A DNA stretch of 64,000 nucleotides from Ostreococcus lucimarinus (lineage: Eukaryota), in assembly GCA_000092065.1 (NCBI GenBank), contig CP000588.1; one strand, 5' to 3'. The position numbers were made by a program, and so were the translations under genes. Shown here piece by piece: positions 35,501-44,719 of the stretch (positions are counted from its first letter, which is position 1; each line of letters begins with the position of its first letter). The notes beneath the pieces were generated by a model, which worked only from the letters and a program-made list of their open reading frames with translations, was not told the origin of the DNA and ran no database searches.

Positions 35501-37199
35501 GGCGCACACTCTTGTGTGCGTTCGGCAGTGTGAGCTCGAGTTTGCACCAAGACTTTTGCTTCTCCGTCGGAACGATGGCGGCGCCGTGAAGCGCGATCCA
35601 ACTCGGGCCCTTGAGCTTAGACTTGAGCGTGAGAAGTTCCAACATGGGAGCCTGCGTGCCCAAAGCGGCGACGAAGTGCTTACCCTTGATATCGCTCGGA
35701 AACGCTGCGTAAGTCGCCGGGATCTTCACTTTGAGCACGAACAACGGACCTTGCGGAATGTCCTTGCGCTCAAAGCAATAGCGTCGGCGGACGATGGTGA
35801 TCTTCGAGTTCTCAATCTTTCGCGCCTTCAAGACTTCTTTGACTTCGGCGCGAAGGTCACCGGACAAAGGCACGAGTTTTTTCATGAGATCAGATTTCGC
35901 CTTTTGAGCCGCAATTCTCTTTTCCTCCTTCTTGTCGTCCGAATCCGCGCACGACTTGAATTCGCGCCGCGTTTCCTCCATCATTTGCCCCAGCGCTTCC
36001 AACTCTCCATCAGGATCAGCGAACGTAGACGCGGTCGGAACGATGTACATGCATCTTTGCATGTTCTGCACCACCGCACACGCACTGATGGTCTCCGACT
36101 GCGGATCGCTCGACACCGGCACACGACCGAAGAGGAACACTGTGCCGGGGGATTCGCGCTCTTCTTGCGCATCCATGAAGAAGAAGGGCGTCGAACCGTC
36201 CGAATCTCTAGGGAGCTCCGCACCATTGAACGTCACAGGGCCGGCATCTTGCGTCACGGGACCGACATCCTCTGGCTCTTCGTCTTCGTCGAGCGTTTTG
36301 AGAATTGATTCGGGTTCCGGCGGCCGTTGCCCGGCGTCGGTTTTGACAATTTTCACCGACTTCTTCGTTTCAGCGCTCAACGGCTCGGCTTCGGGCATGG
36401 CGACATCTATATCGACGTCATCATTTTCAATCGCACCGTCGTCTTCGTCGTCGAATGCGCCGACATCTCCCGTGGGCAAATCTTCGTCCTCTTCCTCGAT
36501 TTCAAATCGAACTGATTTCTTCGCGCTGCTCCCGGGCGTCTTAGCCGGCGAACGCGCGATCGTCGCCGCGGTAGACGCCGCGACAGCCTTACGCGGTGAA
36601 CGTCGCGGTGCAACAGGCGGAACATACGGCTTTGTCTTCGGCTTGGGCGCCGACACTACCATCGGCGCCGTCGACCCGACGTCCATGTCCACGCCGGCGA
36701 GAATATCTTCCAACATCGCGTCCGTATCCGCTTCTGCCGCCAAATCATCCAACTTCTTCTTCTTCGGCACTCCACCGACGAGCATCCCAGCCTTACTCTT
36801 CGCGTTCGCGTTCGCCTTCTTCGCCTTCTCCTTCGCGCTCAGCTTCTTTTTCGGTTCCGGCGCCGCCTTTTGCGCCTTTCTCCCGTCGGCGTCGTACTCT
36901 TCGTCGTCTGAATAATTCTCATTCGCCGCCGTCCAATCTTCCTCCTCCCCCAGATCCTCGTATCCCTCGCCATCATCGTTCACCACGAATCCCGCTCCCT
37001 CCTCGCGTCGTTTCGCCACTAACGCTCGATATTGTTCCTCGTCCAACTCCTCGTACACGTCCTCGATCGCGTCCGCCTCGGCGTCCACCTCATCGATTCT
37101 CGATCGCTTCCCGCCGCCCTCGCGCAGCTCGCGAAGCTTCGCCGTCGCCGCGAGCGCTTTCGCCGCCTTGGACGAGCCCGCGCGTCGGCTCCCGCTCAT
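32547..37199 (-). CDS. POLA1: DNA polymerase alpha catalytic subunit (family B)
   Basis: 1550-aa uninterrupted ORF. Reads DYQSLYPSII, KLTANSMYGCLGF, YGDTDSIMV. Acidic N-terminal region. C-terminal Cys-rich zinc modules. Confidence 0.9.
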   Translation of the reverse strand: MSGSRRAGSSKAAKALAATAKLRELREGGGKRSRIDEVDAEADAIEDVYEELDEEQYRALVAKRREEGAGFVVNDDGEGYEDLGEEEDWTAANENYSDDEEYDADGRKAQKAAPEPKKKLSAKEKAKKANANAKSKAGMLVGGVPKKKKLDDLAAEADTDAMLEDILAGVDMDVGSTAPMVVSAPKPKTKPYVPPVAPRRSPRKAVAASTAATIARSPAKTPGSSAKKSVRFEIEEEDEDLPTGDVGAFDDEDDGAIENDDVDIDVAMPEAEPLSAETKKSVKIVKTDAGQRPPEPESILKTLDEDEEPEDVGPVTQDAGPVTFNGAELPRDSDGSTPFFFMDAQEERESPGTVFLFGRVPVSSDPQSETISACAVVQNMQRCMYIVPTASTFADPDGELEALGQMMEETRREFKSCADSDDKKEEKRIAAQKAKSDLMKKLVPLSGDLRAEVKEVLKARKIENSKITIVRRRYCFERKDIPQGPLFVLKVKIPATYAAFPSDIKGKHFVAALGTQAPMLELLTLKSKLKGPSWIALHGAAIVPTEKQKSWCKLELTLPNAHKSVRPCLEAIASRPAPRLTVASLNLQTIVNQQTNVNEIAVASVQYIRDVNCEGSTTAAQLKTGLRHFTVVRKLDGLEMPPGWQNAVAHENNTNVIAKRTGSVVLAAQNNELGLLNFLLAKLHQLDPDVIVGHNIGGFNLEVLLRRFQANKIGHWSRIGRMKRTRMPNINGSGGAYGGGASMGALQCLAGRLLADTYLSAKDLLGKEVSYTLTSLSETQLGVRREEVPSAEIPNRYQDTNALMHLIKCTEIDAKLSLHLMFKMEVVPLTKQLSNIAGNLWSKTLGHTRAQRVEYLLLHEFHSRKHIVPDRLSAKERRRVAAASGEEEDDGGKKGPSYAGGRVLEPKKGLYDTFVLVLDYQSLYPSIIQEYNICYTTVRRHFDAGEENTEIELPAPILSDKDFAVLPKVIANIVQSRREVKGLMAREKDPARAKQYDLRQLALKLTANSMYGCLGFSQSRFFAEPIAALITAQGRKILQRTEDLAKAKCELDVIYGDTDSIMVNTKSHDLNHSRALGNKLIRFVNKEYRKLVLEEDYIFRSMLLLKKKKYAAMKVVNGPNGTKATKLEMKGLDIVRRDWAPLVKDVGKQTLEELLDVDGEREERVNAIHDGLRTIRKDMVENRVQLSKYIITKQLTKAVEEYPDAKHQPHVMVAKRRLEAGKQDGVKAGETVPYIIALESELPLEDIAAGKAGASGGKGLAERAYHPDEILEKGLKVDLHYYLSQQVHPVITRLCAPIEETDGAAMAECLGLDSNKFKTQTRDEDEYDDTFGGGRFALDDEERFAKCKPLKLRTRTGVEFDFRGIREVMDDKMSATEVLAPPTPGAGKENAPAQGKTALRTETIDAASLANQVSLAVRERIKEFYAAPLRSDDDVDATETRNITLRCHHTNAELTGTLSADPMSKGTMEKSIPEDELYNQLLYYKRLLSIKEAERSNKSKDERAEFRKKISEAPGLEIALDGAHEKLEKIMNKSSYMWISLADLFSVAKA

Positions 37200-37574
37200 C
37201 GCGCACGGCGCGCGCGCGTCGATGACGTGCGGCTGATTTTGAATTCAAAATCAGTCGACGATTGGCGACGTTTCGCGCGCGTCGCGTCGGCGCGCGGCGC
37301 GTTCGAGCGACGAGCGCGCGACGAGCGCGCGCGCGCGCTCGAGTCCGGTCGATGCGACGCGGCGCGGGCGTCGAGACGCGGTGTGCGCGTCGCGGTTTGA
37401 CGAAACCGTAGCGACAGCTGGAGAGGGTTAAGGCGGATTTTTTGAATTGTCCGCGCCGGTCGCTCCGAAGCGCGAACGCGGGCAATCGAGGTAGGATTTC
37501 GCGCGCGTTGAGCGCGGACGCGCGCGTTGAGGTGAAAACTAAATTACACCGACGACGTCCCGCGGCGCGCGCGA

Positions 37575-38420
37575 TCACAAACCGCGCTCGAGGGCGCGAT
37601 CGAGCTTTTGCGCGACGACGTCGAACCAGCGTTGGTCGCTCGGCGTCAAACCGCGCTGCGTTCGTGAGCCGATGACGAGCACGGCGCCGTCGCCGATCGG
37701 ACGCACGCACACGGCTTGCGTGTTCACGGGAAAGAATCGCTCGAACTCGACGCGACCCGGGAAGAGGATGAGATTGGCTAGATAGTTGGGCGCGGCGTCT
37801 CGCGCGGCGGCGGCGCAAATCGGACCGAGCTCGACGTCTCGCGTCAACGCCTCGGGATCGCGCAGCGCGTTCGCCGCGATCCCCGCTTGCATGACGCGTC
37901 GTCCATCCTTCGTGAAAACCGCCATGACGTCACAATTCGTCGACTCGCGCGCGGCGTCCCACGCCCACGCTAACTCGTCCCGGAGCGCCTTCGTCGCCGT
38001 CGCCGCGTAATACGGCGTCTCCAATCGCGTCCCCACCAACTCCACCACGTTCGGTGGTTTCGTCTTCAGCGCGATCCACGTCAATCCGGTGAGCACTAAG
38101 CACGCGGACATCGCGAGACAGATGACGTCGGCGCGAGACTGCGCGCTCGACGCGTCCGCCACCGGCGCGACGCCGCTCAGCGCGCGGTTCGCCAGCAGCG
38201 CCACCGCGCTCACCGCGCCGAACGCCGCGGGCGACGCGCGCGCGACGTCGGCGTAACGCTGCAACGGTTCCGCGGGGTCGTCGTCGCCCGCGGCGCGCGG
38301 TCGAGGCGCCGCGCGCCGTCGCGAGAGGCGCAGCGGTCGGCGCGACGTCGACGTCGACGCGCGCGCGCACGACGCGACGCGCGACGCGACGGCGGCGGCG
38401 CGCGGCGCCGTCGTCGTCAT
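37575..38420 (-). CDS. Conserved hypothetical protein with transit-peptide-like N-terminus and one TM segment (plastid-type), family not recognised
   Basis: MTTTAPRAAAVASRV... (Ala/Arg/Ser-rich). TM ADVICLAMSACLVLTGLTWIALK. Then a globular domain ..MAVFTKDGRRVMQAGI...GSRTQRGLTPSDQRWFDVVAQKL. ATG 38418-38420. The upstream 190 codons of the ORF are Arg-rich junk. Confidence 0.4.
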   Translation of the reverse strand: MTTTAPRAAAVASRVASCARASTSTSRRPLRLSRRRAAPRPRAAGDDDPAEPLQRYADVARASPAAFGAVSAVALLANRALSGVAPVADASSAQSRADVICLAMSACLVLTGLTWIALKTKPPNVVELVGTRLETPYYAATATKALRDELAWAWDAARESTNCDVMAVFTKDGRRVMQAGIAANALRDPEALTRDVELGPICAAAARDAAPNYLANLILFPGRVEFERFFPVNTQAVCVRPIGDGAVLVIGSRTQRGLTPSDQRWFDVVAQKLDRALERGL

Positions 38421-38587
38421 TCGCGCCGTTCGACGCCGGCGCGCGGCGGTCGCGCGCGCGGGTGTGTGAACGGCGCGCGGACGCGCGGGACGGCGACGCC
38501 GCGACGCGTCGGCGACGCGGCTTCGGCGACGCTCGAGCGATCGATCGGGCGGAAATAATGTACAGTGCACGTTGAAGAAATCTAAAG

Positions 38588-40006
38588 CTACGTCGGTAAG
38601 AGCCTGTCGTCGACGTCGCGCGAGTCGTCGTCGTCGTCGTCGTCTAAGACGCGTTGTCGGCGCGCGTCGCCGCCGGCTCGCCGCGCCGCCGTCGCGAAGA
38701 CGCCCGCGGCGACGACGAATAAGAGCGTGAACGTCGAACACATGGTTCGCCAGCGCTCGGGCGTGGGGGCGCCATCGCGCTCGAGGAAGTGCCCGAAGAG
38801 CGGCGGCGATGGGACGTCGCCGAAGAGGTGAATGGTGACGGTGGTCATCGAACACGCGAGCGGGCGCAGACGCGCGGGGACGCTCCAGAGCACGACGGCG
38901 TTGATCGGCGCCTGTAACGCGAAAGCGAACATTTGTCCGATGAGCAAGCACACCGCGAACGATGCGAACGTTTGACACCTGAAAGCGAGCTCGAGGCACA
39001 CGAATCCCCCGACGGCGGCGATGGCGGACGTGCGCAACGCCGTCGCCGTCGAGCTCCCCAACTTGTCCACGACGCCGCCGCCGAGAAGCGTGCCCGCGAT
39101 CCCGCTCACGACGGTGATCGCACCGAGGAGCATGTCCGCGTTCGTCGACGTGTGTAACTCATCTCGAAATATCGCGAACCCGGCTTTCGGTCCCCACGCC
39201 GCGTACACGCCGATGACGGCGGTGTACGCGGCGTACCCGAGCACGACGACGACGTACGTCTCGCGCACGAACAACTCTTTACAATCTCGCGCGAACGCGC
39301 GCGTCAACGACGCCACCGTCGACGTCGCCGCCGCCTCGCGCGCATTCGCATCGCCTCCGACGCCTCGCATGCGCACCGCCGGACGCCAGAAGCAGTACGC
39401 CGCCGCGGGCGCCATCGCGCACGCGTTCAACCCGAACGCCCATCGCCACCCCATCGCCGGCGTCACCGCCCCCCCGAACGCGATCCCGAACGCCACCCCG
39501 AACGGCACGCACGCGTAGAACATCGCCAACCACATCGTCTTCGCGCCTTTCGGCGCTTTATCATCGATGAACGGCGCCGCGAGCGCGATAAAACTCGCCT
39601 CTCCCGCGCCCACCAGCGCGCGCGCCGCGAACGCCCACCCGCACGTCGGCGCCAGCGCGCATCCGAGCTCCCCCACCGCCGCCATCGCCAGCCCGATCGC
39701 GATCAATCTGAACGCGCACGCTTTATTCGCCATCGCGCTGAACGCGGGCGCGCCCGAGAGCAGTCCGATCATGAACGCCGCGTTCAGCGCTCCGTACGCC
39801 GCGTACGAGCACCCGAGCGCGCCCTGCAAGCCTCGCCCCGCGGGCTCGCGCGCGCTCCTCGGCGCCCCGCTCACCGCGGCCGAGCTCGCGATCCCTCGAT
39901 CGACGTACACCAGCGCGCTGACGAGCATGAAGAGTCCCAGCAGCGCCTCGGCGCTCGCGGCGTCGTCGACGTCGTCGTCGGACGGCGATTCCCCGCGCGG
40001 CGTCAT
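38588..40006 (-). CDS. MFS transporter, Spinster-like (SPNS family)
   Basis: 12-TM pattern. LFMLVSALVYVDRGIASSA resembles the Spinster N-terminal motif (NYMDR). Gly/Ala-rich helices. Acidic C-terminus. Confidence 0.6.
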   Translation of the reverse strand: MTPRGESPSDDDVDDAASAEALLGLFMLVSALVYVDRGIASSAAVSGAPRSAREPAGRGLQGALGCSYAAYGALNAAFMIGLLSGAPAFSAMANKACAFRLIAIGLAMAAVGELGCALAPTCGWAFAARALVGAGEASFIALAAPFIDDKAPKGAKTMWLAMFYACVPFGVAFGIAFGGAVTPAMGWRWAFGLNACAMAPAAAYCFWRPAVRMRGVGGDANAREAAATSTVASLTRAFARDCKELFVRETYVVVVLGYAAYTAVIGVYAAWGPKAGFAIFRDELHTSTNADMLLGAITVVSGIAGTLLGGGVVDKLGSSTATALRTSAIAAVGGFVCLELAFRCQTFASFAVCLLIGQMFAFALQAPINAVVLWSVPARLRPLACSMTTVTIHLFGDVPSPPLFGHFLERDGAPTPERWRTMCSTFTLLFVVAAGVFATAARRAGGDARRQRVLDDDDDDDSRDVDDRLLPT

Positions 40007-40180
40007 CGCGTCGTCGTCGCGCGCGCGCCGTACCGGGGAATCGTCAGGTCGGGCGACGCGACGCGGTGCACGCAGCTCGCGCCCGCGAGCAGGCTGGCGA
40101 GGCTCACGACGTACGCGCGCGCGGGGAGCATGCGCGGCGATGTGATGCGCCGCGCCGCACTTTTCCGCGCGTCGCGCGTC

Positions 40181-41368
40181 ATGGCGTACGCGACGCTCGA
40201 CGCGCGCGCGCTGGGCGATTGGAACGCGAACACCGCGCGCGCCGCGACGACGGCGTACGCGCGCCGCGACGCGCTCGACGCGACGGAGTCGTTTTTCGAT
40301 GGATTTTCGTGGCAGCGCGAGGGACGGTTCGGAATGTCGTACGACGTCGCGCGACGCGCGTTCGCCGTGTTTCGCGAGCGCGACGACGAGAGCGTCGGCG
40401 TGACGCGCGCGCGGACGGGCGAGCGCGCGTACGACGCGGCGATATCGCCGAACGAGGACGTGTTCGCGGCGACGGCGCGGGACGCGCCGACGACGACGCG
40501 GCGCGCCGACGGCGACGGGGAAATCGTCGCGTCGTACGTCAGCGTCGATCGACGGAGCGATGAACCGCGATCGGCGTGCGGCGTGGGATACGTGTGCGGG
40601 GGGACGATGCTGGCGTGCGGCGTGGATGGGGCGGTGGATGTGTTCGACGTGACGAGGCCCGGGCGAACGCCGGCGACGCGCGCGGAGACTCGAAGTAGGG
40701 ACGATTTAGATGGGGGAGGGCAACGGGGATTGGTGTCGTGCGTCGACGCGTGTCCGACGGAGAATCATTTGTTTTGCGCGGGGTCGTACGCGGGAGGGCG
40801 AGACGCGATCGATTGTGGGGTGTACGACGCGCGCGCGGAGGGCGGTCGCGCGTGCAGTTGGTCCGCGCGCGGCGGCGGCGTCACGCAAGTTCGATGGAGC
40901 GTCGATGGAAATTTTATTTACACCGCGAGTCGCAGAAGTGATGACATTTTGTGCGTGGACGTGAGAAATACGCTCGGTGTGGTGTACGCGCTGAAACGCG
41001 CGGCGCACGGGACGAATCAAAGGATTCGGTTTGATTTAGAGCCGTGCGGCGCGCACTTAGTCACCGGCGGCGTCGACGGATTCGTGCGCGCGTTCGATTT
41101 GCGCACGGGCGAAGAGGTCGGCCGCACGCAAGTATCCCCGAACGGTGCGTGCGTGAACGCGGTTTCGTTTCATCCGTATTCGTGCGCCGTCGCGGGCTCG
41201 AGCGAGAAATTTCGCCGACTCGCGTGCGTCGTCGGCGAGCGCGTCTTCGTCGACGTTTCCGGTGATGACTCCGACTCCGACGACTCCGACGACTCCGACG
41301 CCGTTAAACGGAACGATTTCGGCGTGTCTTTTTGGGATTACCCGACGATCGAAGCGTCGTGGGCGTGA
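40181..41368 (+). CDS. WD40 protein resembling telomerase Cajal body protein 1 (TCAB1/WRAP53)
   Basis: Reads QRGLVSCVDACPTENHLFCAGSYAGG (cf. QSGIISCIAFSP..LYACGSYGRS). GTNQRIRFDLEPCGAHLVTGGVDGFVRAFDLRTG (cf. [30 protein letters not shown]). CVNAVSFHPYSCAVAGSS (cf. CTNGVSLHPSLPLLATAS). ATG 40181. Alternative in-frame ATG 40130. Confidence 0.5.
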   Translation: MAYATLDARALGDWNANTARAATTAYARRDALDATESFFDGFSWQREGRFGMSYDVARRAFAVFRERDDESVGVTRARTGERAYDAAISPNEDVFAATARDAPTTTRRADGDGEIVASYVSVDRRSDEPRSACGVGYVCGGTMLACGVDGAVDVFDVTRPGRTPATRAETRSRDDLDGGGQRGLVSCVDACPTENHLFCAGSYAGGRDAIDCGVYDARAEGGRACSWSARGGGVTQVRWSVDGNFIYTASRRSDDILCVDVRNTLGVVYALKRAAHGTNQRIRFDLEPCGAHLVTGGVDGFVRAFDLRTGEEVGRTQVSPNGACVNAVSFHPYSCAVAGSSEKFRRLACVVGERVFVDVSGDDSDSDDSDDSDAVKRNDFGVSFWDYPTIEASWA

Positions 41369-41452
41369 CGACTCCGAAAGTAGCCTTCGCCTTGAAATCC
41401 AAAGTAGCCTTAGCCTCAGAATCACGCTCGCCCGCGTCGATTTTCGTCAGCC

Positions 41453-42475
41453 ATGGACGCCTCAACGTCGCTCGTGGACGAGTACGCGCGACTTCCTCTC
41501 TGCGCGCGCGCGCTCGTCCCTTATGCGCTCGTCATTGGCTTCGTTTTGAACCCGTTGTTCAGCTTGGATGATTTCGTCGCGTTTTGTCCGGGCGACATCT
41601 TACGCCGCGCGCAGTTCCATCGCGTGTTCGCGTCGTTGCTGTACATCGAGGGCGCGTTCTCCACGCTGCTCGTCGCGTGGGCGGCGTTTCGCGTCGTCGC
41701 GCCCTGGGAGCGTTCGCGAGGGACGTTGAGGACGCTCAGCGACGCCGTCGCCGCGTCGGTTCTCGCGAACGCCACGACGACGTGCTTCGCGACGATCGTG
41801 GGCGCGTTCGTGCCCGCGGTGTTTGAAGTTAACTTTTTAGGAGGCACGGGGGTGTTTACGAGTTGCTTCGTGTTGTTTACGCGCGAAATTGCGCGCGCGC
41901 CGGCGAACACGGATTTGGCGACGCCGTTCGGCGTCGCGATGCCGGCGAAACGCGCGCCGTACGTTACCGCGGTGATTTTGGTGTTTCTGGGAGGGTGTAA
42001 TCCACTCGAAGTGCTGGCGTGCTTGTACGTTGGCAACGCGTGGGCGGCGAATGGGATTGTTTGGGCGACGGCGAGCGACGGTACGCTGGCGCAGCTCGAG
42101 AACGGCGCGCTGCGATTCGCGAGCCGACAGCCCGGATACGTCGCGGTGAACGGGCAGATGTTGCCCGTCGACTCGCGCGATAGTAGCAGCGATAATTCTA
42201 GCTCAACGGCGAGCTCGTTCGTCGAAGGTGTGGCGGCGATGGTGTCCAACGCGGCGCGCGAGGCGAGACGCCGATTCACCGAAACGGCCAATCGAAGCGC
42301 GGCGCCCGCGGCGGCGACCACGCCCGCGGCACCCGCGACGGCAGATGAAGCCCCGTCGGCATCTCGTGGAGTAGATACGAGACCAAAGCCGCAGACGCGA
42401 GAAGAGCGCGCGGCGGCGTTTGCGGCGGCATTCGAGCGGCGAAACTCAGACGACGCAGACGACGACGCGACTTGA
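41453..42475 (+). CDS. Multi-pass membrane protein (possibly rhomboid-like/derlin-like superfamily), family uncertain
   Basis: ATG 41453. Several hydrophobic helices (PYALVIGFVLNPLF, FASLLYIEGAFSTLLVAWAAF, TAVILVFLGGCNPLEVLACLYVGNAWAANGIVWA). Ser/Ala/Pro-rich acidic tail. Confidence 0.45.
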   Translation: MDASTSLVDEYARLPLCARALVPYALVIGFVLNPLFSLDDFVAFCPGDILRRAQFHRVFASLLYIEGAFSTLLVAWAAFRVVAPWERSRGTLRTLSDAVAASVLANATTTCFATIVGAFVPAVFEVNFLGGTGVFTSCFVLFTREIARAPANTDLATPFGVAMPAKRAPYVTAVILVFLGGCNPLEVLACLYVGNAWAANGIVWATASDGTLAQLENGALRFASRQPGYVAVNGQMLPVDSRDSSSDNSSSTASSFVEGVAAMVSNAAREARRRFTETANRSAAPAAATTPAAPATADEAPSASRGVDTRPKPQTREERAAAFAAAFERRNSDDADDDAT

Positions 42476-42555
42476 GTGTCCATAGTCACGACGTCGTGCG
42501 ACGAAGACGACGAAGATTCGATTCGCCACGTCACTCACGCGCGGCGGTCCGGAGA

Positions 42556-43395
42556 ATGAGCAGTGCTCGAGAATCGTTGGTGTTCTCCGCGAAGCTATCA
42601 CAGCAATGCGGCAGAGACGAGGATATGCTCGGAAGCATGCGTACGCTCGCGGCGACGTGCGACGAAGAGCTCACTGACGAAGAACGAAATCTTTTTTCGG
42701 TGGCGTTGAAGAACGTGCTTCAATCCCTGAGATCGAGCATCGCCGTCGCGAAAGCGATGGAACTGCGGGAACGACAGCTTGCGAACGACGACGGGGCGGC
42801 GCTCGCGAAGGGTTATGCGCAGAAGCTGTCCGCAGAGCTCTCGCGTTTTTGCTCTTCGACGATTGAGGCGATAGAGCGACGGTTGTCCACGCCGACGGAA
42901 TCTTCCGCGCACGCGCGCGTGTTTTACCTCAAGCTTCTGGGAGATTACTGGCGATACACGTGTGAAGTTGACATCGACGCCGACAAGCGGGACGAAGCCA
43001 TCGCGCATTGTACCGACGCGTACGAAGTCGGCGTGGAACTCGCCGCGACATCTGGGCTCACCATGTGCGATCCGATACGCTTGGGATTGTACCTGAACCA
43101 AACAGTCTTTCTTTACGAGATCGTCGGGAAACACAGTGGCGCAATCGCCATCTCCAACGCCTGCGTATGCGCATTCGAATCCGCTCGAGAAGCCATCGGC
43201 GTCGCCGACGTCGCCGACGTCGGCGAGGCGATGGCCGACGCGGAAGCGATCGTCCAACTCATGCGAAACAACTGCGTACTGTGGCAGCGTGAACTCGAAC
43301 ACGAGCGCGAGCGCGCGTCCGCTGGTGCGCGCGGCGCGACGGACGACGACGAGATCGATCAACTCCTACAAAAATTACATTTAGCGGCGCGTTAG
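42556..43395 (+). CDS. 14-3-3-like protein (divergent)
   Basis: Reads MSSARESLVFSAKLSQQCGRDEDM..ELTDEERNLFSVALKNVLQSLRSS..VFYLKLLGDYWRYTCEV..IVQLMRNNCVLWQ. Collinear with 14-3-3 helices (ELSNEERNLLSVAYKNV, VFYLKMKGDYYRYLAEV, LIMQLLRDNLTLW). Confidence 0.65.
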   Translation: MSSARESLVFSAKLSQQCGRDEDMLGSMRTLAATCDEELTDEERNLFSVALKNVLQSLRSSIAVAKAMELRERQLANDDGAALAKGYAQKLSAELSRFCSSTIEAIERRLSTPTESSAHARVFYLKLLGDYWRYTCEVDIDADKRDEAIAHCTDAYEVGVELAATSGLTMCDPIRLGLYLNQTVFLYEIVGKHSGAIAISNACVCAFESAREAIGVADVADVGEAMADAEAIVQLMRNNCVLWQRELEHERERASAGARGATDDDEIDQLLQKLHLAAR

Positions 43396-43403
43396 ACGCC
43401 GAG

Positions 43404-43976
43404 CTACTCGCGTTGAAATCGAACGAGCGCCTCCGCCAACGCGTCGTATCCAATCTCGCGCAAATTCCGCGCGTTTCTCGCCGGCGTCTCGCGCGCGTCG
43501 ACGGCGAAATCATCCACGGCATCGCTCACGTCGATCTCGCGCAAGATGTGCCACGACGGCCAAGGCGACCGATTCGTAAAATTCCCCGCGGCGTCCGGCG
43601 ATTCGCCCGCGAAAACGAACGACGGGTGAAACGCGACGCACTGCACCTCGCCCTCCAACCCCGACACGACGAGCGCCTCATCGATCACTTCCTGCGCGTC
43701 CAACATCGCGCCGAAATCCCCCGCGAACGCGTCGACGCGCGGCGCGACGACGACGATCGTCGTCCACGCGCCGCCGCCGCCTTCGTCGTCGCTCGCCGTC
43801 GCCGCGAGCGCCGCCGCCTCGCGCACCACCGCCTCGCACGCCCCCGCTTCGCTCGCGTCCTCGCACACGCGCACTCGAAGCTTCGCGCGGCTCGCGAACG
43901 GGCACACGCGCGCGCCGTCGACGACGAACGCGTCGACCCACTCGCGCGTCCGTCGCTCGATGAATTCCGCCGACAT
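43404..43976 (-). CDS. Conserved hypothetical protein (~190 aa), family not recognised
   Basis: Reads MSAEFIERRTREWVDAFVVDG...VQCVAFHPSFVFAGESPDAAGNFTNRSPWPSWHILREIDVSD. ATG 43974-43976. Its stop lies only 8 bp from the 14-3-3 stop on the other strand. Confidence 0.4.
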   Translation of the reverse strand: MSAEFIERRTREWVDAFVVDGARVCPFASRAKLRVRVCEDASEAGACEAVVREAAALAATASDDEGGGGAWTTIVVVAPRVDAFAGDFGAMLDAQEVIDEALVVSGLEGEVQCVAFHPSFVFAGESPDAAGNFTNRSPWPSWHILREIDVSDAVDDFAVDARETPARNARNLREIGYDALAEALVRFQRE

Positions 43977-44227
43977 CGCCTTCGTTCGCGCGCCTCGCGC
44001 GCTCGACCGCGCGCGAACGCGCGCGCGCGCGGCGCGCGGTGACGCGCGCGCGTTCGCGCGCGGTCGAGCGCGCATGCGCGCGCGCGACGCGCGGCGGTGT
44101 GTCGCCTCGTCGAGTGCCGGCGGCCGAGGCGGCGCGGGCGGCACTCATGCGCGCGTCTCTCGCGACCGCGCGCCCGCTCGTCGCGTCCTGGACGCGCGCG
44201 ACGCGCGAACGCGCGCCGACGACGCGC

Positions 44228-44677
44228 ATGCGACGCGTCGACGCGAGCGCGAGCGCGCCCGCGTCGACGAAGACGACGGATGATGAATTGTACCAGTTCA
44301 TCGTTCTGCGGAAAGATTTGGGACGCGCGCTGCGCTGGCCGCTCGGCGCGCTCGCGGCGCAGTGCGCGCACGCGGCGGTGAGCGCGGTGTGGACGTACGC
44401 CGATCGCGAGGACACGCGAGAGTATTGTTCGAAGGAAAACATGGCGAACATGCGCAAGGTGGTGCTGGAGATAAAGAATGAGAGTCAGTTGACGGCGCTG
44501 AGCGAAAAATTGAAAGGAGACGGAATCGAACACGCGCTGTGGAGAGAACAGCCGGAAGACGTGGTGACGTGCCTGGCGACGCGACCGTATCGGCGCAGTG
44601 TGGTGGGGGGGTACTTTAAAAAGTGTAATTTGGCCAAGGACGTGTTCGGCGCGGCGAAAGAGGGCGACTCGTCGTGA
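44228..44677 (+). CDS. PTRHD1: Peptidyl-tRNA hydrolase domain protein PTRHD1 (PTH2 family)
   Basis: Reads LYQFIVLRKDLGRALRWPLGALAAQCAHAAVSAVWTY...NMRKVVLEIKNESQLTALSEKLKGDGIEHALWREQPEDVVTCLATRPY. Nearly collinear with human PTRHD1 (LVQYVVVRSDL..SWPLGAVIAQACHAA...[34 protein letters not shown]). Confidence 0.75.
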   Translation: MRRVDASASAPASTKTTDDELYQFIVLRKDLGRALRWPLGALAAQCAHAAVSAVWTYADREDTREYCSKENMANMRKVVLEIKNESQLTALSEKLKGDGIEHALWREQPEDVVTCLATRPYRRSVVGGYFKKCNLAKDVFGAAKEGDSS

Positions 44678-44719
44678 GGTCGTCGTGTATCACATCGCTA
44701 GTAGAAAGTGTAAGCATCG

